Below, piece after piece: positions 48,554 through 57,926 of a stretch of 64,000 nt of DNA (positions within the stretch are counted from its first letter, which is position 1; each line of letters opens with the position of its first letter). The stretch lies in NCBI GenBank assembly GCA_947501605.1, contig CANMWZ010000002.1, forward strand, positions 64,001-128,000, read 5' to 3'. A program made the position numbers and the translations under genes. The notes under the pieces are model-generated. The model ran no database searches. It had not been told where the DNA came from and saw nothing but the letters and a program-made list of their open reading frames with translations. This stretch comes from Planctomycetota bacterium (GTDB taxonomy: Bacteria; Planctomycetota; UBA1135; UBA2386).

Positions 48554-49480
48554 ATGGGACTGCTCGACAGCTTGTCCGACGAGATCGCCAGCGTCGTCGC
48601 GACCGTCCGACCATCCGTGCTGCATCTCCGCGTGCTCGGCAGCAAACACACGGCCACTGGCTCGGGCTTCTTGTGCCGTTCGCCCGGCTTGGTTCTGACC
48701 AACAGCCACGTGATCGGCAACGCCGTGGCCATCGAAGCGACCATGCACGACGGCCGCACTGCCATCGTCGATGTCCTAGGTTCGGACCCGGCGACGGATG
48801 TGGCCCTGCTGCGCGCCCCCGACGGATTTGCCACTGCCCCACCGTTGCCGCTTGCGGACTCGTCACTCCTGCGCGTCGGCGCCTTCGTGCTCGCCGTCGG
48901 CTGTCCCCATGGCCTCGCCCACAGCGTCACCGCCGGGATCCTCAGCGGACTCGGCCGCACCTTGCCTTCGCCCGCTGGCCGCACGATCGAAGACGTGATC
49001 CAAACGGATGCGCCGCTCAATCCCGGCAACTCGGGTGGCCCGCTGCTCGATACCAGCGGCAAAGTGATCGGCATCGCGACTGCGATCGTGCCGATGGCCC
49101 AGGGATTGTGCTTTGCGGTCCCAGCTCATACTGCGGACGTCGTGATGACCGAGCTGCAGCACTACGGCAAGGTCGAGCGCGGCTGGCTCGGCATCGCGGT
49201 GCAAGGCGTCGAGATCGCCCCGGCCATCGCTCGACGGTTGGAGTTGCCGTCGTCGCGCGCACTCGCGATCGGCGCGGTCACGGCAAACTCACCCGCATCG
49301 CTCGCTGGCCTCAAAACCGGAGATCTGTTGCTGTCGATCGATGCCCGGGCCATCCGCGGCGCCGGGGATCTCCTGCAAGGCTTGCCGCGCACCACCATCG
49401 GTCGCCCCGTGCAACTGCGCGTGCTACGGCAGAATGAGATCCTGCACCTCGTCGCCACACCGTTCCGGGCGACTTCGTAA
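48554..49480 (+). CDS. HtrA/DegP-like S1C serine protease with PDZ domain
   Basis: GSGF, TNSHV, DVALL, QTDAPLNPGNSGGPL, C-terminal WLGI PDZ. Confidence 0.9.
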   Translation: MGLLDSLSDEIASVVATVRPSVLHLRVLGSKHTATGSGFLCRSPGLVLTNSHVIGNAVAIEATMHDGRTAIVDVLGSDPATDVALLRAPDGFATAPPLPLADSSLLRVGAFVLAVGCPHGLAHSVTAGILSGLGRTLPSPAGRTIEDVIQTDAPLNPGNSGGPLLDTSGKVIGIATAIVPMAQGLCFAVPAHTADVVMTELQHYGKVERGWLGIAVQGVEIAPAIARRLELPSSRALAIGAVTANSPASLAGLKTGDLLLSIDARAIRGAGDLLQGLPRTTIGRPVQLRVLRQNEILHLVATPFRATS

Positions 49481-52400
49481 CCGATAGCGCTGCACGTAGG
49501 CGTAGGCGACCGGAGTCAGCACCAGACTCAGTACCAAGCAGAACATCTGACCGCCGATGACGACGACCGAGATGGCTTTGCGTTCTTCGGCGCCGGGGCC
49601 GGTGCCGATCGCGAGCGGCAGCATGCCGGCAACAAAGGCGAGCGTCGTCATCAGGATCGGCCGCAAGCGATCGCGACTGCCTTGGCGGACCGCTTCTTCG
49701 AGCGGCAGGCCCTTGGCCAACAGTTGATTGCTGTGGTCGACCTGCAAGATTGCGTTCTTCTTGACCATGCCGAACAGCACCAGCACGCCGAGTGCGGAGT
49801 AGAGATTGAGAGTCTCCCCGGTGACGACGAGCGACAACAACGCAAACGGCGCGGCCATCGGCAAGGCCAGCAGGATCACGAGCGGCTGCCACAGGCTCTC
49901 GAACTGCGCCGCCAGGATCATGTACATGAACAGGATCGACAGCAGGAACGCGACCTGGAACTCGGCGAACGTGGTCTCCAGCTCGCGCGCACGCCCGGAA
50001 ACGGCGGTGGTGTATTCCACCGGCATGCCGAGCTCGGTTGCGGCCTGTCGCAGCGCCGCGATGCGGTCAGCGAGCGCGTAGCCTCGCGCGATCCCGCCAC
50101 GGAGTCGCGACTCACGCTGCCGATCCAGACGATCGATCCGCGACGCGCTAGTCACGTCGTCGATGCTGCGCGCCACGCTGTCGAGTCGCACTGGCGCGCC
50201 ATCCGACCGAGCGACCAGGAGGCCGCGGAACGCCACCGGATCGGTGCGGTCCTCGTCGCGCAAGCGGAGTCGCACGTCGTACTCCTCGTCGAGCTGCGGG
50301 TCACGAAAGCGCCCCACCTCGGGATCGCCGCCGACGAGCAGTCGCAACGCCAGCGCAATGTCCTGCGTGTCGACGCCGAGTGTACCGGCGCGTTCGCGGT
50401 CGATCTCGACGCGGAGCTCCGGGCGCTCGAGCCGCAGCGTGGTATCGAGGTCTACCATGCCACCGAGCTCGATGGCGCGCTGCCGCAGAGCCTCGGCGTA
50501 CTCGGCGAGCTTTGGCAACTCGGGCCCCCGGATGGAGAAGTCGATGTCGAAGTTGCCGCCGCCGATGTTGAAGCTGCGCTGGTTGCGAACCGAACAACGC
50601 AACGACGGGAACTTGCGCAGCCGCCGACGGATGTCGCCCATCACGTCACTCTGCGAGTAGTTTCCGCGCCACGCTGCCAGCGGGTCTCCGGCAAGCAGTG
50701 CGCGCCACAAGCGGCCAGCGGTGAACCGCCGCTGTTCGAACGGTGCGATGCGCACGTAGATCTCGCCCTGGTTCGAGCCGCCGACGAAGCCACCGCCGAC
50801 GTTCGTCAGCATCGTTCGCACCGCCGGCACCTGTCGCAGTTCGTCCTCGATGGCGACGAACACTTGCGCCATTGCCTCCATGCTGGCGCCTTCGGGCCCT
50901 TGGGCGCGGACCTCGAACTCGCCCTCGTCGACATCACTGGGGATGTAGTCCTGGCGCACCATGCCGTAGAGCGGCACGACGGAGGCCATCACCATGAGCG
51001 CCAGCACCAGTGTGGCCTTTGGCCAGCGCAGACACACATCGAGCAACCGCATGTACGACCGCTCGGACCAAGTCCGTCGCGTGGAATGCAGCAACGCGCC
51101 CGACGAGAGCATGCGCGCTGCCATCGCTGGCGTCAGCGAGAACGAGACCACGAGGCTGACCAGGATCGCCGCCGCCGAGGTGATGCCGAACTGGTAGAGG
51201 AACCGACCCGAGATGCTCGAGAGGAAGGAGATGGGGACGAAAATGACGACCAGACTCAGGGTCGTCGCCAAGACCGCCAAGCCGATTTCTTTGGTCGCGC
51301 CGCGCGCGGCCGCGAACGGCGACACGCCGTTCTCGTTGGCCCAGCGGTGCACGTTCTCCAGCACGACGATGGCGTCGTCGATCACGATGCCGACCATCAG
51401 CACCAGGGCCAGCATGGTGATGCTGTTGAGGGTGAAGTCGAACGCCCACATCAGCGCGAACGCGGTGATCACCGACGCTGGAATGGCCACGGCGGCCACC
51501 AGCGTCGCTCGCCAACTGCGCAAGAAGACCAGCACGACAAGCGACGCCAGCAGGGCTCCGGCGATCAGGTGGAACTCGATCTCGTGCAGTGCGGCTTCGA
51601 TGTAGCGCGACTGGTCCCGCACGATTTCGAGACGCACGTCACTGGGCAGCGACGCGCGCAGTTTCGCCATCGCCTTCTTGACCTCGGCGATGACGGCAAC
51701 GGTGTTGGCGCCCGAGGTGCGGCGCACGTCCAACACGACGGAGGGCACGCCGTCGAGGCGCGTGAACGAACGCACCTCCTCGATGCCATCCTCCGCGCGA
51801 CCGATGTCGGCGAGGTGGATCGGAACGCCATTGCGCGTCTCGACGACCAAGTCCGCGAACGCGGCGGGATCGACGTAGCGCCCCATCGTGCGCAGGGTTC
51901 GCTCGCGGCGAGTGTCGGTGACGTTGCCGCCGGGCACGTCGCTGTTCTGGCGCAGGATCGCCTGCTGAACGCGCGTGATCGGCATGCCGTAGGCGGCGAG
52001 GCGATCGGCGTCGACGAAGACGTTGATCGCTCGCCGATGCCCGCCTTCGAGCGAGATGCCACCCACCCCACGGCACCGTTCGAGCGCCGTGCGAACGCGC
52101 TTGTCGGCGATCTCGGTCAGTTCGCGCAGCGGGCGGTCGCCGGCCACTGCGATCGTCAGCGCCGGCGAACTGTCGTTGTCGAACTTGCTGACGACGGGCA
52201 GTTCCGCATCGCGCGGCAGGTTGCGAATGACCTGGGCGAGTCGATCGCGCACGTCCTGGGCAGCGACGTCGATGTCGCGTTCGAGCGCAAACGTCGCCAA
52301 CACCAGCGACGACCCCGAGGAGGAGATCGACCGCAACTCGGTGATGCCCTCGACAGTGTTGACCGCCTCCTCCACGGGCTGGCTCACCGTGACCTCGACT

Positions 52401-52582
52401 TCCTCCGGCGATGCACCCGGCAGCAGCGTGCGGATGGTCACGGTCGGCAGATCGACGGCCGGGTAGCGATCGACCGGCAGCTTGGCAAAGCCGATGGCGC
52501 CGGCGACGACCATCAGCAAGATCAGCATCGACGCGAACACCGGGCGATCGATGCAAACCTGCGCGAGCTTCTGCACCGTCAA
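49424..52582 (-). CDS. RND efflux permease (AcrB/AcrD/AcrF family)
   Basis: 1052 aa; IVIDDAIVVLEN, MVKKNAIL, RLRPILMTT. Confidence 0.95.
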   Translation of the reverse strand: MTVQKLAQVCIDRPVFASMLILLMVVAGAIGFAKLPVDRYPAVDLPTVTIRTLLPGASPEEVEVTVSQPVEEAVNTVEGITELRSISSSGSSLVLATFALERDIDVAAQDVRDRLAQVIRNLPRDAELPVVSKFDNDSSPALTIAVAGDRPLRELTEIADKRVRTALERCRGVGGISLEGGHRRAINVFVDADRLAAYGMPITRVQQAILRQNSDVPGGNVTDTRRERTLRTMGRYVDPAAFADLVVETRNGVPIHLADIGRAEDGIEEVRSFTRLDGVPSVVLDVRRTSGANTVAVIAEVKKAMAKLRASLPSDVRLEIVRDQSRYIEAALHEIEFHLIAGALLASLVVLVFLRSWRATLVAAVAIPASVITAFALMWAFDFTLNSITMLALVLMVGIVIDDAIVVLENVHRWANENGVSPFAAARGATKEIGLAVLATTLSLVVIFVPISFLSSISGRFLYQFGITSAAAILVSLVVSFSLTPAMAARMLSSGALLHSTRRTWSERSYMRLLDVCLRWPKATLVLALMVMASVVPLYGMVRQDYIPSDVDEGEFEVRAQGPEGASMEAMAQVFVAIEDELRQVPAVRTMLTNVGGGFVGGSNQGEIYVRIAPFEQRRFTAGRLWRALLAGDPLAAWRGNYSQSDVMGDIRRRLRKFPSLRCSVRNQRSFNIGGGNFDIDFSIRGPELPKLAEYAEALRQRAIELGGMVDLDTTLRLERPELRVEIDRERAGTLGVDTQDIALALRLLVGGDPEVGRFRDPQLDEEYDVRLRLRDEDRTDPVAFRGLLVARSDGAPVRLDSVARSIDDVTSASRIDRLDRQRESRLRGGIARGYALADRIAALRQAATELGMPVEYTTAVSGRARELETTFAEFQVAFLLSILFMYMILAAQFESLWQPLVILLALPMAAPFALLSLVVTGETLNLYSALGVLVLFGMVKKNAILQVDHSNQLLAKGLPLEEAVRQGSRDRLRPILMTTLAFVAGMLPLAIGTGPGAEERKAISVVVIGGQMFCLVLSLVLTPVAYAYVQRYRLRSRPERCGDEVQDLILP

Positions 52583-53793
52583 TCCCTCACGCGCACAGGG
52601 GCCCCAGGAACGAGGCCGCGCGGATCGGTGACGAACGGTTGTTCCGCCCCCAAACCGCGACGAACTTCGACTAGGTCTCCTTGGCGCCGGCCCAGTTCGA
52701 CCAACCGGTCCTTGACGGTGCCCGCGAGCACCACAAAGACGCGATCCACGCCGGCGAACGACGCGACTGCCGACTGCGGGATCGCGACCGCGCTTTGCGC
52801 CGTTGCGACCACGATCTCTGCGCGACAGAAGGCGCCCGGCCGCAGCAGCAGCGCCGCGTTCTCGACCTCAGCTTCGACCAATTGCGTGCGATCGACCAGA
52901 TCGATGGACGGTCCGAGTCGCCGCACCAACCCCTGGTGCCGCACATCGCCGCCGCCGTCGACGCTGAACTCCACCCGCTGATCGGCCGCAACGCGAAAGG
53001 CCTGACGCTCGGGGACACGCAGGCGCAGGCGAAGAGGATCCGTCCGCAACAGGGTCAGCACCGAGTCGCCGACTCGCAAATAGCTGCCGGGCGAGCGCCG
53101 ACGGACGGCAACACGGCCAGCAAACGGCGCCAGCAACTGCGAGTCCGTGGTGCGCTTCTGTGCCGTGGCAAGGTCGACGCGACGCGACGCGTACTCGGCG
53201 ATCCAGGTTGCGACCTGGTCGCGCGCCGCCTGCAGTCGGCTCTGTGCCACGCCCACGGTGGCATTGGAGGTGTCGAGGTTTGCTTGCGAGCCGAGCTGCT
53301 GTTGCACGAGTTCGCGAACGCGTTCCCGCGCCAATTCAGCTTCGAGCAGGACTGCTTTGGCTTCGCGCACGGGCGCCGCCTCTTCGGGCTGCACGGCAGT
53401 GGCATCGTCCTGCGGCGGCAACGACAACCGGACCCGCGCAACGGTCAACGCGGCACGGGCGCGGGCCAGTTCGAGCTCGAAGTCTGCGGGCTCGAGCGCG
53501 GCCAACACGGCGCCTGCCTCGACCACATCGCCGACGTCGACCGCGAGCGTCCGCAACCGTCCTTCGACCTGGAAGCCCAGTTCGAGTTCCTCTTGCGCCG
53601 CCAGCACACCGGTCACGACGAGGCGATCTTCGAGTTGCAGAGTGGTCGGCGTCGCCAGAGTCACCACCTTGGGCTCCGCCGCGCCCGCGCCCGCCGTCGC
53701 CTTCGCTTCACTGCCGCGGCACCCGACGAGCACCGATGCGAACCAAAAGGCTGTGGCCGTCGGCCAGGTGACGAGCCACGCCGGTCGCGTCAC
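52579..53793 (-). CDS. RND periplasmic adaptor (MFP), probable lipoprotein
   Basis: Lipobox LVGC, VDVGDVVEAG, LLAPFAGRV, LRPGAF; GTGA overlap with the upstream ATP-grasp stop. Confidence 0.88.
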   Translation of the reverse strand: MTRPAWLVTWPTATAFWFASVLVGCRGSEAKATAGAGAAEPKVVTLATPTTLQLEDRLVVTGVLAAQEELELGFQVEGRLRTLAVDVGDVVEAGAVLAALEPADFELELARARAALTVARVRLSLPPQDDATAVQPEEAAPVREAKAVLLEAELARERVRELVQQQLGSQANLDTSNATVGVAQSRLQAARDQVATWIAEYASRRVDLATAQKRTTDSQLLAPFAGRVAVRRRSPGSYLRVGDSVLTLLRTDPLRLRLRVPERQAFRVAADQRVEFSVDGGGDVRHQGLVRRLGPSIDLVDRTQLVEAEVENAALLLRPGAFCRAEIVVATAQSAVAIPQSAVASFAGVDRVFVVLAGTVKDRLVELGRRQGDLVEVRRGLGAEQPFVTDPRGLVPGAPVRVRD

Positions 53794-55007
53794 GACGCGA
53801 CCACCTTGAGCTCGCTGCCAAAGCCGTCGGCCATCTCTTGCGTGAACGCGAGATCCGGATGCCGCACGACGATCCAGCCGTCGCCAACGATCACCTTGCG
53901 CCAATCGCGGCGCGGTTCGCCGATCGGTGTCAGCTCGAGGTTGGCGACGTGCGGGCCGTAGCGCTGCAGCAGCGACTGCAGTCCGTCGTAGCGGCGGACC
54001 GTGCCGTCGCCGTCGGCGCGCTTGAAGATCATCGCGGCGTTGTACTTGCGGGTCACTTCCTGGCCGAGCGAGCCGTGCACGACCGCGTGAGCCCAGCCGC
54101 GGAACAGATCCATATCGCAGGCATAGTTCATGGCGTGCACGAGCCGGGCCCCGGCGGCGCGCGCGCCGATCTCGCCAAACACCGCTTCGCCATTCGGCTT
54201 CAAGAACCACTCCATGTGCGTGAAGCCGGTCGTGAACGACAGCGCCTTCAACACCTGCAGGCCGAGCGCGACGCCGGGCTTGGCCAGCGGCGTCGATAGG
54301 TCACGCAGAATGATGTTCTGCATCGAGATCCACGGGTTGTGCTGGAGCAACAGCGGCTTCGGTCGGTACCACGCGACGTTCTGGTAGAGCACGTTGCCGT
54401 GGGCGCAGATCGTGTCGAACGTCAGTTCTTCGCCTTCGATGTACTCCTCGACCGAGATCTCCTCGACGTGCCGCGTGGCCTGCAGAGCGCGTTCGAACTC
54501 GGCCTTGTCGTTGCAGCGGTGCGTGTCCTTGCTGCCAGCTCCCGCGATCGGCTTGACGATCGCCGGGTAGCCCGTTTGTTCGACGGCAGCAAAGGCCTCG
54601 GCCATGGTGCGCGCACGACCGTGACGCGGCACGCGCACGCCGGCGCGCTCCACCACCTGCTTCATCACTTCCTTGTCGCGAAACGGCACCGTCTGCGCGA
54701 CCGTCATGCCCGGCAACGAGAACTGCTCGCGCATGCGCGCCGCCAGCAGCATTTGCGTCTCCCACAGCGACTCGACGCGGTCGATCGTGCGGCCGCGCAA
54801 CCACGCGCGAACGGCGTCAATCGTGCCTTGCTCGTCGGCGAGACTACGGACCTGCAGATAGTCGGACAGGCCTTGCCGCGCCTCGCTGGGCAGCGCCTGC
54901 CGCGGTTGGTCGCCGACGCCGAAGACCTTGGCACCGACCTGCGCGAGTCCGCGCGTGAACAGTGGCATCTCGGCCGGGAACCCAGGGCTCAGGAACAGGA
55001 CGTTCAT
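53790..55007 (-). CDS. ATP-grasp domain protein (paralogue 1)
   Basis: FRDKEVMK, YPAIVKPIAGAGS, VEEYIEGEE, THMEWF, GEIGAR. Confidence 0.88.
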   Translation of the reverse strand: MNVLFLSPGFPAEMPLFTRGLAQVGAKVFGVGDQPRQALPSEARQGLSDYLQVRSLADEQGTIDAVRAWLRGRTIDRVESLWETQMLLAARMREQFSLPGMTVAQTVPFRDKEVMKQVVERAGVRVPRHGRARTMAEAFAAVEQTGYPAIVKPIAGAGSKDTHRCNDKAEFERALQATRHVEEISVEEYIEGEELTFDTICAHGNVLYQNVAWYRPKPLLLQHNPWISMQNIILRDLSTPLAKPGVALGLQVLKALSFTTGFTHMEWFLKPNGEAVFGEIGARAAGARLVHAMNYACDMDLFRGWAHAVVHGSLGQEVTRKYNAAMIFKRADGDGTVRRYDGLQSLLQRYGPHVANLELTPIGEPRRDWRKVIVGDGWIVVRHPDLAFTQEMADGFGSELKVVAS

Positions 55008-55041
55008 GTGTTCTCCTCGCGCTTTGCTGCGTTGCCTTTGT

Positions 55042-56262
55042 TCAGCCCAACTGGACGCGCACGCGCTCCGCCAGTTGCTTCACGGCGCGCTCGACCACGA
55101 TGGTGTCGGGATGGCGCACGATTACATAGCCTTCGCCTTCGTAGCTGTCGGCCTTCGGTTGCCCGGGCTTGGGCAGCTTCTGCTCGACGATCAAGTTGCC
55201 GAGCGCCTGCTGCAATGGCTCGAAGCCTGTGACGCCCTTGACCTCGCCGTTACCAACACCGCGCAAGTAGACGGCGCCAGCGGCATAGTTGCGCTGCGGC
55301 AGCGCGAACGAACCGAAGATCATCAACTGCGCAAAGGCGCGATACATGTCGGTGTCGTGGGCGTAGCTCATCAGGGTCATGAACTGCGCCCCCGGCGGTC
55401 GCGCCGCGACTTCGCCGATGGCGATCGAACCATCGCGCCGCAGAAACCACTCCATGTGCGCCATGCCGGTCCACATGCCGAGGGCGCGGAGAGCCTGTGG
55501 TCCGGTCGCTCGGATCGGTGCAAAACGCTCGGTGGCGATATCGCGCGGCAACACGACGCACCATTGCACTTCCGGGTCTTCGAGCACCTGCAGCGGCGTC
55601 GGGTGGTACTCGCCGATGCTGTGGAACGCGTGGCGCCCTTCGATGGTGATCGCGTCAAACGAGAACTCGCTGCCCTGCACGAACTCCTCGAGCAGCACGG
55701 CCCGCTCTGGGCCGACGCGAACGCCCTGCAAGAAACTCCGCAGCCCTGCTTCATCGACCAGGCGCTCCGTCGTCTTGGCGCCAGCCCCGAAAGGCGGCTT
55801 GCCAACCAGCGGGTAGCCCGAGGTGCGAGCAAAGGCAACGCCCTCCTCGACGCCGTGGCAGAGCAGGTAGCGCGCGCACGGCAGACCGTGCTCGGCGAGC
55901 ACCGCCTTCATCTGGGCCTTGTCGCGAAAGTTGCTCGCCTCGCTGCGATCCATGCCGCGGATCCGCAGGGTCTCTCGCACCTCGGCGAGAGGTTCTTGGA
56001 GCTGCTCGAGGATCCCGAGCAACGCGTCCACCGAACCGAGCTGACGCCCGAGCTTTTGCACGGCAACTGTCAACTGCGCTGCCGAGAGGCCATCGTCGAC
56101 GCGCAAGAAACCGGCCAGCAGGTGTCGGAGCTCCTCAGGCAGCTTGTCGACGGGGTCCTGCGACACCAACGCGAGCCGCACGTCCGGCAACATCGCGGCC
56201 GCGCGCACGAAGCGCAGCGAACTTTCCTTCGCGAAGGGCAGTACGAAGACGACGTTGGGCAT
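55042..56262 (-). CDS. ATP-grasp domain protein (paralogue 2)
   Basis: FRDKAQMK, YPLVGKPPFGAGA, LEEFVQGSE, AHMEWF, GEVAARPPG. Confidence 0.88.
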   Translation of the reverse strand: MPNVVFVLPFAKESSLRFVRAAAMLPDVRLALVSQDPVDKLPEELRHLLAGFLRVDDGLSAAQLTVAVQKLGRQLGSVDALLGILEQLQEPLAEVRETLRIRGMDRSEASNFRDKAQMKAVLAEHGLPCARYLLCHGVEEGVAFARTSGYPLVGKPPFGAGAKTTERLVDEAGLRSFLQGVRVGPERAVLLEEFVQGSEFSFDAITIEGRHAFHSIGEYHPTPLQVLEDPEVQWCVVLPRDIATERFAPIRATGPQALRALGMWTGMAHMEWFLRRDGSIAIGEVAARPPGAQFMTLMSYAHDTDMYRAFAQLMIFGSFALPQRNYAAGAVYLRGVGNGEVKGVTGFEPLQQALGNLIVEQKLPKPGQPKADSYEGEGYVIVRHPDTIVVERAVKQLAERVRVQLG

Positions 56263-56366
56263 CGGCGCAGCATAGCCAGAGCCTCGCCGCTGCCGAACGA
56301 CCTCGTTGTGCGAATGCCGTCGGGCCCGCGCTTGCACCGCCCCGCCCCGCCTGTTGTCATCGCCAT

Positions 56367-57827
56367 ATGCGCCCGCTCGCTATCGCCATGGTCGGCTCCG
56401 AAGCCGCCCCCTTTGCCAAGACCGGCGGCCTCGCCGACGTCATCACCGGTCTCTCGCGCTATCTCGCGAGCCAAGGTCACGACGTGCGCGTGTTCTTGCC
56501 GTACTACAAGCGCATCGCCGAGAGCGGGCTCGAGCCACCGTTCGTCGAACACGGCAAGGACATCGAGGTTCGCTGCGGCGGGCGCACGATCCGGTTCTCG
56601 CTGCGCGCCGGCGAGCTACCGGGCAGCAAGGCGAAGCTCTACCTGGTCGACTGCCGCGAGCTCTACTGGCGCGATGGGCTCTACACGCAGGACGGCGACG
56701 AGGCGCTGCGGTTTGCGTTCTTGTCGCGCGCGGTGCTGGAGACGTGCCAACGGCTCGGCTGGGCGCCCGATGTACTTCACTGCAACGACTGGCACACGGC
56801 GCTGCTGCCGCTCTACCTGAAGACGGTCTACCAGTGGGACAAGCTGTTCGCGCGCACCAAGACGGTGCTGACGATCCACAACATCGGCTACCAGGGGATG
56901 TTTCCGGACTCGGTGCTCGACCAGATCGGACTCAACGACCACCGCGCGCACGTGCACCACGGCGACCTGAAGGACGGGCGCATCAGCTTCTTGAAGACGG
57001 GTGTGCTGCACGCGACCAAGCTGACGACGGTGTCGCGCACGTACGCGAAGGAGATCCAGACGGCCGAGTACGGGATGGGGATGGACGAGTTGCTGCGCAC
57101 GCGCAGCCACGACCTGTCGGGGATCGTGAACGGCGTCGACTACGGCGACTGGGATCCGAAGGGTGACCCGCTGATCCCGCACCAGTACAGCCAGAAGGAC
57201 ATGTCGGGGAAGGCGCGCATGAAGGCGGCGCTCCTGGCGCGCATGGGACTGTCGTACGAGGCGAAGGCGCCGGTGTTCGGGGTGGTCTCGCGGCTCACAT
57301 CGCAGAAGGGCTTCGACCTGTTCGCCGACTCGATCCCGATCTACCTACAGCGCGAGAACATGAGGCTGTGCGTGCTTGGGTCAGGCGACGCGCACCACGA
57401 GAAGTACTTCCAATGGCTGCGGGATACGTGGCCCACGAAGGTGGGGATCTACCGCGGGTATCACGACGAGCTGGCGCACTGGGTCGAGGCCGGCAGCGAC
57501 GTGTTCTTGATGCCGAGCCGGTATGAACCGTGCGGGTTGAATCAGATGTACTCGCTGCGCTATGGCACGCCGCCGGTCGTGCGTAGGACGGGTGGATTGG
57601 CGGACACCGTGCAGATGTGGGACCCGAAGGCGGGCACGGGGACCGGGTTCACGTTCGACGAGTTCTCGAGCCACGCGCTGGCGGCGACGCTCAGTTGGGT
57701 GTTCAAGAACTGGGCGGACCAGAAGGGCTGGCAGAACCTGATCCAGAACGGGATGGCAATGGACTTCAGCTGGCAGAAGCAGGGGCCGGAGTACGAAGCG
57801 CTGTATCGCGGGTTGGCTGGGGTGTAA
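56367..57827 (+). CDS. glgA: Glycogen synthase (GT5)
   Basis: KTGGLADV, HCNDWHT, TIHNIGYQG, SRLTSQKG, MPSRYEPCGLNQ, TGGLADTV. Confidence 0.95.
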   Translation: MRPLAIAMVGSEAAPFAKTGGLADVITGLSRYLASQGHDVRVFLPYYKRIAESGLEPPFVEHGKDIEVRCGGRTIRFSLRAGELPGSKAKLYLVDCRELYWRDGLYTQDGDEALRFAFLSRAVLETCQRLGWAPDVLHCNDWHTALLPLYLKTVYQWDKLFARTKTVLTIHNIGYQGMFPDSVLDQIGLNDHRAHVHHGDLKDGRISFLKTGVLHATKLTTVSRTYAKEIQTAEYGMGMDELLRTRSHDLSGIVNGVDYGDWDPKGDPLIPHQYSQKDMSGKARMKAALLARMGLSYEAKAPVFGVVSRLTSQKGFDLFADSIPIYLQRENMRLCVLGSGDAHHEKYFQWLRDTWPTKVGIYRGYHDELAHWVEAGSDVFLMPSRYEPCGLNQMYSLRYGTPPVVRRTGGLADTVQMWDPKAGTGTGFTFDEFSSHALAATLSWVFKNWADQKGWQNLIQNGMAMDFSWQKQGPEYEALYRGLAGV

Positions 57828-57847
57828 GGGGCCCGAAAGCCCCCTTT
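57828..57847 (+). terminator. Possible intrinsic terminator after glgA
   Basis: GGGGC-CCGAAA-GCCCC followed by CTTT. Confidence 0.45.
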
Positions 57848-57877
57848 CCATCCACTTCCATGCGGTGAGCACCGGCT

Positions 57878-57918
57878 CCGCTCGGGCCTGCGGGCCCAAG
57901 CCTCCGAGCGGGCTCGGA
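57878..57918. other. Cluster of short inverted repeats just 3' of the FGE-domain gene
   Basis: TCCGAG-CGGG-CTCGGA (57903-57918); GGGCC-TGCG-GGCCC (57884-57897); alternative stem CCGCTCGG/CCGAGCGG (57878-57885 with 57904-57911). Confidence 0.6.
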
Positions 57919-57926
57919 CTACTAGT

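Noticed and set aside
46839..49480. Mobile resistance cassette around the Sul-like gene
   Set aside because: No integrase, attC-like site, transposase or compositional break; the gene is coupled to a housekeeping-type neighbour.
49682..52981. 1099-aa + strand ORF, and similar long ORFs such as 3143-4960, 5522-7495, 10519-12159 and 45614-46933
   Set aside because: These are antisense shadows of well-supported genes. High GC and codon bias suppress stops on the opposite strand, and they carry no recognisable motifs.
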